64,000 bases of DNA from Squalus acanthias. Taxonomy: Eukaryota. Below are positions 23,911 through 35,447 of the stretch, piece by piece; within the stretch, counting starts at the first letter, position 1; each line of letters opens with the position of its first letter. Location of the stretch: positions 5,582,001-5,646,000 of the forward strand of contig JASTWF010000033.1 in assembly GCA_030390025.1 (NCBI GenBank), written 5' to 3'. The notes under the pieces are model-generated. The model was not told where the DNA came from. It ran no database searches and was given only the letters and a program-made list of their open reading frames with translations. A program made the position numbers and the translations under genes.

Positions 23911-24861
23911 TTAGGTTAAAGCCCTCTCTACAGCCCTAGTTCTATGATCCGCCAGGACTCTAGTCCCAGCACTGGCCAAGTGAAGCCCATCCCAATGGAA
24001 CAGCTCCCTCCTGCCCCAGTACTGGTGCCAGTGTCCCAGGAAGCAAAACCCATTTCTCCCACACCAGTCTTTGAGCCACTCATTTAAATCTCTAATTTTA
24101 TTTGTCCCAGCCAAATTCGCTCGTGGCTCAGGTAATAATCCAGAGATTATTACCCTTGAGGTTCTGTTTTTTAATTTGACCCCTAGCTGCTCATACTCCT
24201 TTAAAAGAACCGGCTTCCTTGTCCTATCTACGTCGTTTGTACCAACATGGACCACGACAACTGGATCCACCCCCTCCCACTGCAAGTTTCTTTCCAGCCC
24301 AGAGGAGATGTCCTTAACCCTGGCACCGGGCAGGCAACACAGCCGACGGGACTCTCGCTCTCGGCTGCAGAGAACTCTATCTATCCCCCTAATAATACTA
24401 TCCCCTACCACTACAACATTTCTATTTACTCCCCGCTCTTGAATGGCCCCCCGTTCCACGGTTCTGTGGCCAGGTAGCTCATCCTCCCTGCAGTCCCTGC
24501 TCCCGTCCCCACAGGGAGTAAGAAACTCGAACCTGTTGGACAAGAGCAAGGGCTGCGGCTCCTCCAACACTACCTCCTGGATCCCCGTACCTGCCTCACT
24601 CGTCACACCGTCCTGTCCCTGACCATGGGCTACATCTGAATTAATTAACTTCATAGGTGTGACCACCTCCTGAAACACAAAGTCCAGGTACTTCTCCCCC
24701 TCTCAGATGTGTCGCAGTGTCTGAAGCTCAGATTCCAGCTCATCAACACGGAGCTGGAGTTCCTGTAGCAGCAGACACTTGTCACAGATGTAATCACCGT
24801 GAGCCTCAATGGGGTCCACCGGCTCCCACATCTTGCAACAGTAACACATCACCTGCTCCAT
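23911..24861 (-). pseudogene. CR1 ORF1 (Cys zinc finger / leucine zipper plus SGNH esterase) with one internal stop
   Basis: MEQVMCYCCKMW...YICDKCLLLQELQLRVDELESELQTLRHI* continues in frame to VVVVGDSII, HVGTND and DGLHL. The TGA near 24703 is consistent with CGA decay. Confidence 0.88.
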
Positions 24862-25081
24862 TCTATGTAATTATTATATTTTTTATTCTTAGTTATGGAC
24901 ACTCTCTGCCCGATTATAGCTGCTAGTATCCCCTCTAATTAATTGGATTTAAATTAAATCAATCCCTCTAAATTACACCAGTTAAATGGTTTACCAACAG
25001 TCACTCTGCCCCAGAAAGGCGTTATTAACTACAACCCAGAGTTAAAGTTTGAAAAGAGCACCCTTCACCCCACTCACCCGA

Positions 25082-25423
25082 ACTCACACTTACCCAAACT
25101 CAGCACTCTCTGCTGACTTGCACTCAGTGCTTGCTCTCACTAGCACTGGTCTTTTTCTACTGTTTGTTTGTTTACAGCCAAATGAGTCACGCCTGCTGAT
25201 TGATTAGAAAACTGGTTTCCACTGCCTGCTGTGCCAATTTACTCCTACTGCAGTGTAACCTTGTTTTACTCTTCTTAAACCAACAGCATCCCAAATAGTT
25301 AACTTTTCCCCTTCACTTAAACTGCTTAAGTACTCTTATCAAGAATGATTTAAAGAGAACTAACAATTAAAGAACTACTCACACTTACCCAAACTCAGCA
25401 CTCTCTGCTGACTTGCACTCAGT
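25082..25423. repeat. About 47-bp exact direct repeat bounding the CR1 5' region
   Basis: ACTCACACTTACCCAAACTCAGCACTCTCTGCTGACTTGCACTCAGT at 25082-25128 and 25377-25423. Confidence 0.9.
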
Positions 25424-26690
25424 AAATGCATTGCTGGTCATCTTTCAAAATTCTATAGATTCTGCAACAGTTCCCATGGATTGGAGCATAGCTAATGTAA
25501 CCCCACTATTTAAAAAAGGTGGTAGAGAAAAAACGGGGAAATATAGACCGGTAAGACTGACATCGGTAGTGTGCAAAATGCTAGAGTCCATTATAAAAGA
25601 TATAATAGCAGAGCACTTGGAAAACAGTGACAGGATCGGACAAAGTCAACATGGATTTACAAAAGGGAAATCATGCCTGACTAATCTACTGGAATTTTTT
25701 GAGGATGTAACTGGTAGAATAGATAAGGGAGAAATAGTGGATGTGGTGTATTTGGACTTTCAGAAGGCTTTCGATAAGGTCCCGCATAAGAGATTAGCGT
25801 GCAAAGTTAAAGCACATGGGATTGGGGGTAAGGTACTGATTTGGATAGAGAACTGGTTGACAGACAGGAAGCAAAGAGTTGGAATAAACGGGTCTTTTGC
25901 CGAGTGGCAGGCAGAGACTAGTGGGGTACCACAGGGATCGTTGCTAGGACCCCAGCTATTCACAATATATATTAATGATCTAGACGAGGGAACTAGATGT
26001 AATATCTCTAAGTTTGCAGACGACACAAATCTGGGTGGGCGTGTGTGCTGTGAGGAGGATGCAGAGAAACTCCAGTATGATTTGGACAGTTTGGGTGATT
26101 AGGCAGATGCATGGCAGTTGCAGTATAATGTGGATAAATGCGAGGTTATCCACTTTGGTTGCAAAAACAGTCAGACAGATTATTATCTGAACGGCAATAG
26201 ATTGGGAAAAGGGGAAGTGCAACGTTATCTGGGAGTCCTTGTGCACCAGTCGCTGAAGGTAAGCATGCAGGTGCAGCAGGCGTATAAGAAGGCAAATGGT
26301 ATGTTGGCCTTCATAGCGAGAGCATTCGAGTACAGGAGCAAGGATGTATTGCTGCATTTGTACAAGTTGGTGAGTCACACCTTGAGTATTGTGTGCAGTT
26401 TTGGTCGCCTTATCTGAGGAAGGATGTTCTTGCCATGGAGGGAGTGCAGCGAAGATTTACCAGACTGATACCTGGGATGGCAGGAATAAAATATGAAGAG
26501 AAATTGGGTCGATTAGGCTTATATTCGCTAGAGTTTCGAAGAATGAGAGGGGATCTCATTGAAACTTATAAAATTCTAACAGGACTAGACAGTCTAGATG
26601 CAGGAAGGATGTTCCCGATGGCGGGGGAGTCCAGAACCAGGGGTCACAGTCTAAGCTACTGCTCCTATCTTCGATGCTTCTATGTAACAT
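25424..26690 (+). mobile_element. CR1 LINE, 5'-truncated, with an internal 3' deletion
   Basis: RT motifs in ORFs 25413, 26118 and 26393; jumps from CACAGTCTAAG directly to the terminal CTGCTCCTATCTT. Confidence 0.95.
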
Positions 26691-26934
26691 AATGAAATTC
26701 AGTGCTCATGAACCACAGATTCTCAGGGCGGTGTTGGGGGAAGGTGATTAATCAGCACCAAAACAATTAAAGTATTTACAATAACTCTACTTAGAGTAAG
26801 AATAAGTCAATATAGAGAGGATTTGAATACTGTAACACTGCTGTACTGCTGTTTACCTGTCAGTAATTAGTTAACATCTGTTTCTGTTGGTGCAGTTCAG
26901 TAGGAAACAAAGCATTATCAATGCATTTCAACTT

Positions 26935-28546
26935 ATATATGAACATAAGAACATAAGAAATAGGAGCAGGAGTAGCCCATTCGGCCCCTCGAACCAGCTC
27001 CGCCATTCAATAAAATCATGGCTGATCATCGACCTCAATAGCCGTTTCCTGCCACTGGGATAGAAACATAGAAAATAGGAGCAGGAGTAGGCCATTCGGC
27101 CCCTCGAGCCTGCTCCGCCATTCAATGCGATCATGGCTGATCATCCAAATTCAGTACCCTGTCCCTGCTTTCTCCCCATATTCCTTGATCACCTTAGCCT
27201 TAAGAAATATAACTAGCTCCTTCTTGAATATATTTAATGAATTGGACTCAACTGTCTTCTGTGGTAGAGAATTCCACAGGTTCACCACTCTCTGGGTGAA
27301 GAAATTCCTCCTCATCTCAAACCTAAATGGCTTACCCCTTATCCTTAGACTGTGACCCCTGGTTCTGGACTCCCCCACCATCGGGGACATCCTTCCTGCA
27401 TCTAGTCTGTCTAGTCCTGTTAGAATGTTATAAGTTTCAATGAGATCCCCTCTCATTCTTCTAAGTTCTAGCGAATACAAGCTCAATCGACCCAATCTCT
27501 CTTCATACGTCATTCCTGCCATCCCAGGTATCAGTCTGGTGAATCTTCGCTGCACTCTCTCCATGGCAAGAACATCTTTCCTTTGATAAGGCGACCAAAA
27601 CTGCACACAATATTCAATGTGTGGTCTCACCAAGGCCCTGTACAACTGCAGCAAGACATCCTTGCTCCTGTACTCGAATCCTCTCGCTATGAAGGCCAAC
27701 ATACCATTTGCCTTCTTAACCGCCTGCTGCACCTGCATGCTTACCTTCAGCGACTTGTGCACAAGGACACCCAGGTCTCGTTGCACTTCGCCTTTTCCCA
27801 ATCTATTGCCATTCAGATAATAATCTGCCTTCCTGTTTTTGCCCCCAAAGTGGATAACCTCGCATTTATCCACATTATACTGCATCTGCCGTGCATCTGC
27901 CCAATCACCCAACCTGTCCAAATCATACTGAAGTTTCTCTGCATCCTCCTCACAGCACACACGCCCACCCAGTTGTGTGTCATCTTCAAACTTAGAGATA
28001 TGACATCTGGTTCCCTCGTCTAGATCATTAACATATATTGTGAATAACTGGGGTCCTAGCACCGATCCCTGCAGTACCCCACTAGTCACTGCCTGCCACT
28101 CGGAAAAAGTCCCGTTTATTTCAACTTCTGCTTCCTGTCTGCCAATCAGTTTTCTATCCAAGACAGTACCTTACCCCCAATCCCGTGTGCTTTAACTTTG
28201 CACGCTAATCTCTTATGCGGGACCTTATCGAAAGCCTTCTGAAATTCCAAATACACTACATCCACTGGTTCTCCCTAATCTATTCTACCAGTTACATCCT
28301 CAAATAATTCCAGTAGATTAGTCAAACATGATTTAACTTTTGTAAATCCATGTTGACTGTCTGATCCTGTCACTGTTTACCAAGTGCTCTGCTATTACAT
28401 CTTTTATAATGGACTCTAGCATTTTCCCCACTACCGATGTCAGTCTTACCGGTCTATAATTCCCCATTTTCTCTCTACCACCTTTTTATAATAGTGGGGT
28501 TACATTAGCTACCCTCCAATCCATGGGAGCTGTTCCAGAGTCTATA
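26935..28546 (-). mobile_element. CR1 LINE, 5'-truncated (27060-28546), plus a short second 3' end (26935-27055)
   Basis: 336-aa RT ORF at 27151-28161 (FADD mutated to FEDD); two tandem 3' UTR/tail segments. Confidence 0.95.
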
Positions 28547-28848
28547 GGTGTTCCACTCCGGTTAGTGACCTGCACTCAGTGCAATTCTACAGTGACAGAT
28601 ACTCCCAGTAATACATGGCCACTGGGGTCAGGTGTTCCACTCCAGTTAGGGACCTACACTCAGGACAATTCTACAGTGACAGATACTCCCAGTAATACAT
28701 GGCCACTGAGGTCAGGTGCTCCACTCCGGTTAGTGACCCACACTCAGTACATTTCTACAGTGACAGATACTCCCAGTAATACATGGCCACTGGGGTCAGG
28801 TGTTCCACTCCGGTTAGTGACCCACACTCAGTAGTTCTACAGTGACAG
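28547..28848. repeat. 84-bp tandem repeat, about 3.6 copies
   Basis: GGTG(T/C)TCCACTCC(G/A)GTTAG recurs at 28547, 28631, 28715 and 28799. Confidence 0.95.
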
Positions 28849-29165
28849 TCCCTTCCACTAATACCTTCTCTCAGAGAGTTCCTTACACTGAGGTCTGATT
28901 CAACAGTACACAATATTACACGAAAGTCAATAACTACATAACACAGCGAGCCCGTGAGTTACAAACAGAGTTTTACTTTCAGTTGAGGCAATGGAATAAA
29001 ACCTTACATAATTCAGTACATTTGTCTAAACGAAATGCTATCACTGATCGGGTGTCTGTATAACGGTGACCACTGGATCAGGATGTAACATTAGCAGTCA
29101 CATAGCAAAACCAGAGACCAGCTCACACACAGATTTAAACAACTTCAATGGTTATAATCACTTAC

Positions 29166-29232
29166 CAGGAAAACCAATGACGGCAATGATCACGTAGTAT
29201 ATTTTCTCCACATGTTGAATTGGCTGAAGCAT
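29166..29232 (-). CDS. GPR139/GPR142-like GPCR, coding exon 1 (MLQPIQHVEKIYYVIIAVIGFP + G)
   Basis: ATG at 29232, 22 codons plus 1 nt, then donor GTAAGT. The phase-1 join to TG AAT at 12084 yields IYYVIIAVIGFPVNLVAIVIL, a complete TM1 with GxxxN. Confidence 0.9.
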
Positions 29233-29289
29233 TTTCTGTGTGAAGCGATGTGTCCCTTCGTGCTGCAGGCAATCTCTCTGAATTAAACT

Positions 29290-29350
29290 CTGAGGCGGGA
29301 CATTCCCAGAGCCTTTCATTTATACCCTGCGGGATCTCCACGGGGAGATT
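29290..29350 (-). promoter_or_regulatory. Putative core promoter of the GPCR (TATA box)
   Basis: Minus-strand GTATAAATG (TATAAA at 29319-29324), about 90 nt upstream of the ATG. Confidence 0.55.
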
Positions 29351-29747
29351 GAGGTTGCAACATCACTGAAAATATTATTTAAAAAAACATTTGAACAAAC
29401 AGATGACGACAGCCGAGTTAATTCCCTGTTGTGATGGAATATATTTAGTGCTGAGATTGTAATTGAAAACCCCAAAGACCGGTGAATTCTGGTCACATGT
29501 ATTAACTAATGAAAATTGCCAGCTGTATTCTCCCAGCAATGGGGTTGTTGTTTCAAACACCACCAATCTCTGGACCTCATATTGTTTCGGTGATTTCCTT
29601 CGCTCTGCTGTGGCCATTCAGTAATTAAATTCCAAAAGTTAGAGTGTCCTCTCAGGGCTGCTCTGCTCCACTCTGGGATGTGGCTGTCCGCCTTAACTGT
29701 GGCCATTTAGTTAAACAATGAAAGTGTTGAATTTGTGTCGATGGATC

Positions 29748-32320
29748 CTCAAACTAATGCAGCCCCTCATCAAATACAGTACCTCAAACTAATACAGTAC
29801 ATCAAACTAATACAGTACCTGAAACTAATACAGTACCTGAAACTAATACAGCCCCTCAAACTAATACAGCCCCTCAAACTAATACAATACCTCAAACTAA
29901 TACATTACCTCAAACTAATACAGACCCTCAAACTAATACAGACCCTCAAACTAATACAGCACCTCAAACTAATACAGAACCTCAAACTAATACAGCCTCT
30001 CAAATTAATACAGCCCCTCAAACTAATACAGTACCTCAAACTAATACAGTACCTCAAACTAATACAGCCCCTCAAACTAATACGGAACCTCAAACTAATA
30101 CAGCCTCTCAAATTAATACAGACCCTCAAACTAATACAGTGCCTCAAACTAATACAGCCCCTCAAACTAATACAGCTCCTCAAACTAATACAGTAACGGA
30201 AACTAATACAGCCCCTCAAACTAATACAGTACCTCAAACTAATACAGCCCCTCAAACTAATACAGTACCTCAAACAAATACAGATCTTCAAACTGATACA
30301 GTACCTCAAACTAATACGGTACCTCAAACTAATACAGCCCCTCAAATTAATACAGTACCTCAAAATAATACAGCTCCTCAAACTAATACAGCACCTCAAA
30401 CTAATACAGCCCCTCAAATTAATACAGTACCTCAAAATAATACAGCTCCTCAAACTAATACAGTACCTCAAACTAATACAGTACCTCAAACTAATACAGC
30501 CCCTTAAAAGTAATACAGTAACTCAAACTAATACAGTACCTCAAACTAATACAGCTCCTCAAAATAATACAGACCCTCAAACTAATACAGACCCTCAAAC
30601 TAATACAGCTCCTCAAACTAATACAGACCCTAAAACTAATACAGCACCTCAAACTAATACAGACCCTCAAACTAATACAGCACTCAAACAAATACAGACC
30701 CTCAAACTAATACAGTACCTCAAGCTAATACAATACCTCAAACTATTACAGCTCCTTAAACTAATACAGCACCTCAAACTAAAACAGAAACTAAAACAAA
30801 TACAGCACCTCAAACTAATACAGTACCTCAAACTAATACAGCACCTCATAGTAATACAATACCTCAAACTAATACAGCTCCTCAAACTAATACAGCCCCT
30901 CAAACTAATACAGCCCCTCAAACTAATACAGACCCTCAAACTAATACAGCCCCTCAAACTAATACAGCCCCTCAAACTTATCCAGCCCCTCAAACTAATA
31001 CAGCACCTCAAACTAATACAGTACCTCAAACTAATACAGAACCTCAAACTAATACAGCCCCTCAAACTAATACAGATCCTCAAACTAATACAGTACCTCA
31101 AACTAATACAGTACCTCAAACTAATACATTACCTCAAACTAATACAGCCCCTCAAACTAATACAGCCCCTCAAACTAATAGAGCCCCTGAAAATTATACA
31201 GTCCCTCAAACTAATACAGCCCCTCAAACTAATACAGCCCCTCAAACTAATACAGCACCTCAAACTAATACAGCCCCTCAAACTAATACAGCCCCTCAAA
31301 CTAATACAGCCCCTCAAACTAATACAGACCCTCAAACTAATACAGCTCCTCAAACTAATACAGACCCTCAAACTAATACAGCCCCTCAAACTAATACAGC
31401 CCCTCAAACTAATACAGCCCCTCAAACGAATACAGTACCTCAAACTAATACAGCCCCTCAAACTAATACAGCCCCTCAAACTAATACAGCCCCTCAAACT
31501 AATACAGACCCTCAAACTAATACAGACCCTCAAACTAATACAGACCCTCAAACTAATACAACCCCTCAAACTAATACAGCCCCTCAAACTAATACAGCAC
31601 CTCAAACTAATACAGCCCCTCAAACTAATACAGACCATCAAACTAATACAGCTCCTCAAACTAATACAGCTCCTCAAACTAATACAGCCCCTCAAACTAA
31701 TACAGCCCCTCAAACTAATACAGCTCCTCAAACTAATACAGCCCTCAAACTAATACAGCTCCTCAAACTAATACAGCCCCTCAAACTAATACAGACCATC
31801 AAACTAATACAGCTCCTCAAACTAATAGAGCTCCTCAACTAATACAGTACCTCAAACTAATACCCCCTTCAAACTAATACAGACCCTCAAACTAATACAG
31901 CTCCTCAAACTAATACAGCCCCTCAAACTAATACAGACCCTCAAACTAATACAGCTCCTCAAACTAATACAGCCCCTCAAACTAATACAACCCTGTCAAA
32001 CTAATACAGATCCTCAAACTAATACAGTATCTCAAACTAATACAGCCCCTCAAACTAATACAGCCCCTCAAACTAATACAGACCCTCAAACTAATACAGT
32101 ACCTCAAACTAATACAGTACCTCAAACTGATACAGCCCCTCAAACTAATAGAGCTCCTCAAACTAATACAGTTCCCCAAACTAATACAGCCCCTCAAACT
32201 AATGCAGCACCTGAAACTAATACAGCTTATCAAACTATTATACCCCCTCAAACTAATGCAGCCCCTCAAGCTAATACAGTACCTCAAACTAATACAGCTC
32301 CTCAAACTAATACAGTTCCT
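29748..32320. repeat. 18-bp minisatellite CTCAAACTAATACA-GNNC, about 140 copies
   Basis: A near-constant 14-mer with variable 4-mers (GCCC, GTAC, GACC, GCTC, GCAC, GAAC, GATC). Confidence 0.98.
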
Positions 32321-32499
32321 CTAACGAGTAGACAGACCCGCCCACCACCTTCTGGTCCAAAGTCCTGTAATCTCCTGTTCCCACAAAGTCACAGTGCATG
32401 GGATATCACTTGCCAGACACCATGAGGTCGTTACCAGGCTAACAACAACTCATTGTACAGATTATTTGAACAGTTTAACAATGCGAATTCTAAATATAA

Positions 32500-33793
32500 A
32501 TTTAAAAGTCTTGTGTTTATTTCTGTTAAGTTATTAGTGGTCTATTAGATAAAGGCATGGCAGGGCACCTCATTCCCGTGGAATACACATCTTGTGCCAT
32601 GTGGGAACTCCAGTACACTTCCCGTGTCCTGGACAATCACATGTGCAGGAAGTGTCGTCAGCTGGAGGAGCTCGAACTCCGGGTTTAGGAGCTTGAACAG
32701 CAACTGGCGTCACTGCGGTGCATCCGTGAGGCTGAGAGCTACGTGGATAGCACGTTTCAGGAGATGGTCACCCCGCAACCTAAGAGTGTGCAGGCAGAGA
32801 GGGAATGGGTGACCGCCAGACAGACAAGGTGGACCAGGCAGGTAGTGCAGGAGTCTCCTGAGTGCATCTCACTCTCTAACCGGTATTCAGTGGTACATAC
32901 TGGAGTGGGAGTTGGTTCCTCTGGCGAGTACAGCCAGAGCCAAGTCCAGAGCGCCACGGGTGGATCAGCTCTACAATGGGGGGTGGGGCAGGGGAGGAGA
33001 AAGATCAGGAAAGCAATAGTGATCGGGGATTCAATAGTTAGGGGAATAGACAATCGTTTCTGCGGCCGCAGACGTGACTCCAGGATGGTATGTTTCCTCC
33101 CTGGTGCCAGGGTCAAGGACTGAAGAACATTCTGAGGAGGGAGGTTGAATAGCCAGAGGTCGTGGTCAATATCGGTACCAATGACATATGTAGAAAGAGG
33201 GATGACGACCTGCAGGCAGATTTTAGGGAGCTGGGAAAGAGATTAATCAGGACCTCAAAGGTAGTTATGTTCGGATTACTCCCGGTGCCTGTGCTGGTGA
33301 GTATAGAAATAGGAGGATAGAGCAGATGAATGAATGGCTGGAGAGATGGTGCATTAGGGAGTGCTTTCGATTCCTGGGTCATTGGGACCGGTTCTCGGGG
33401 AGGTGGGACCTGTACAGGCCTGAAAGTTTGCACCTCAACAGGGCCGAAACCAATGGCCTCGACGGGGAGGGGGAGGGGTTGCTCGGAGTGTTGGGGAGGT
33501 TTTAAACTAATTTGGCAGTGGGTGGGCACCAGGATGTAGCATTAGAAAGGAGAATCAAGGTACACAAAGGATTGGCAGAGACGGATAGCACAAGAGTAAG
33601 AAATAATAAGGTCCTATGTGGGGTCAGACTAAGAGAATACAAGACAGGTTTATAGTGCATGTGGGTAAATGCATGAAGTGTGGTTAATAAGGTTGGTGAG
33701 CTGCAGGCCACATGGCAATATGTTGTCGTGATGATAATGGAGACATGCTCAAAAAAGGGAAGGATTGGGTACCAAATATTCCTGGGGACAAGG
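32500..33793 (+). mobile_element. Degenerate CR1 5' part (ORF1 esterase and start of ORF2)
   Basis: KAIVIGDSIVRG...MVCFLPGARVKD, an upstream CRKC/leucine-zipper segment, and a decayed endonuclease start at about 33650. Confidence 0.88.
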
Positions 33794-34595
33794 TCATAGT
33801 CATAGTCACAGAGTCATAGATTTATACAGCACAGAAAGAGGCCCTTTGGCCCATCGTGTCCGCGCCGGCCATGAAGCCCTATCTATTCTAATCCCATTTT
33901 CCAGCACTTGGTCCGTAGCCTTGTATGCTATGGCATTTCAAGTGCTCATCTAAATGCTTCTTGAATGCTGTGAGGGTTCCTGCCTCTACCACCCTTTCAG
34001 GCAGTGAGTTCCAGATTCCAACCACCCTCTGGGTGAAAACGTTTTTCCTCAAATCCCCTCTAAACCTTCTGCCCCTTACATTGAAACTATGCCCCCTGGT
34101 TATTGACCCCTCTACTAAGGGGAAAAGTTCTTTTCTATCTACCGTATCAATGTCCCTCATAATTTTGTACACCTCAATCAAGTTCCCCCCTCAGCCTTCT
34201 CTGCTCTAAGGAAAACAACCCCAGCCTGTCCAGTTTCTCTTCATAGCTGAAGCGCTCCAGCCCAGTTAACATCCTGGTGAATCTCCTCTGCACCCTTTCA
34301 AATACAATCACATCCTTCCTATAGTGTGGCGACCAGAACTGCACACAGTATTCCAGCTGTGGCCGAACTAGCGTTTTGTACAGCTCCGTCGTAACCTCCC
34401 TGCGCTTATATTCTATGCCTCGGCGAATGAAGGCAAGTATCCCATATGCCTTTTTAAACACCTTTTCTACCTCTCCTGCTGCCTTCAGGGATCTATGTAC
34501 ATGCACACCAAGGTCCCTCTGAACCTCCCTCCTTCCTAGGGTCCTACCATTCATTGTGTATTCCCTTGCCTTGTTAATCTTCCCAAAATGCTCAT
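33794..34595 (-). mobile_element. CR1 3' fragment
   Basis: LVRPQLEYCVQFWSPHY and FTQRVVGIWNSLP; (GTCATA)-like tail at about 33794-33820. Confidence 0.93.
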
Positions 34596-35447
34596 TTCAA
34601 AATCACAGACAACTCATTTCACAAACTCAGAAAGTTCATTTCAGTGACCTAGACAGCTCCATTCACAGATTAGGACAGATCCATTCACAGACTCAGACAG
34701 CTCCAATCACAGAAACAGACAGCAACATTCACAGACATGGAAAGCTGATGTCAAAAACCCAGACAGCTCATTTCAAAAACACAGAAAGTTAATTTCACAG
34801 ATCTAGACGTCTCCACTCACAGACACAGACAACTCATTTCAGAGACTCAGTCAGCTAAATACACAGACCCAGATAGATGCATTCACAGACCCAGACATCT
34901 CCATTCACAGATCCAGACAGCTCCATTCACAGACTCAGACAGCTCAATTCACAGACACAGAGAGCTCCATTCACAGACCCAGGCAGCTCCATTCACAGAC
35001 TCAGACAGCTCACTTCAAAGACTCAGGAAGCTCATGACACAGACCCAGACAGCTCCATTCACAGACTAAGACAGCTCCATTCACAGACCTAGACAGCTCC
35101 ATTCACAGACTCAGACAGCTCTATTCACAGACCCAGACAACTCCATTCTCAGACCCAGACAGCTAATTTCACTGACACAGACAGCACCAATCAACGACCC
35201 AGACAGTTCCATTCACAGACCCAGACAGCTCCATTGAAAGACACAGACAGTTCTATTCACAGAACCAGATAGATCATTTCACAGACCCAGACATCACCAT
35301 TCACAGACCAAGACAGATCGTTTCACAGACTCAGAAAGCTCATTTGACTGTCCCAGACAGCTCCATTCACAGACCCAGACAGCTCACTTTACAGACCTAG
35401 ACAGCTCCATTCACAGATCCAGACAGCTCCATTCACAGACCCAGACA

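Larger units (their letters stand above)
20685..25423 (-). mobile_element. Near full-length CR1 LINE (5' UTR, ORF1, ORF2, 3' UTR), inactivated; extra short CR1 3' end at about 20685-20790
   Basis: ORF2 in colinear pieces (23873-23214 endonuclease; 23121-22556; 22444-20918, a 508-aa RT) separated by frameshifts; ORF1 lies upstream. Confidence 0.95.

Noticed and set aside
29748..32320. CRISPR-like constant/variable pattern and Cys-rich or mucin-like ORFs
   Set aside because: The variable part is only 2-4 nt and is reused, there are no cas genes, the context is eukaryotic, and the ORFs are repeat translations with frameshifts.
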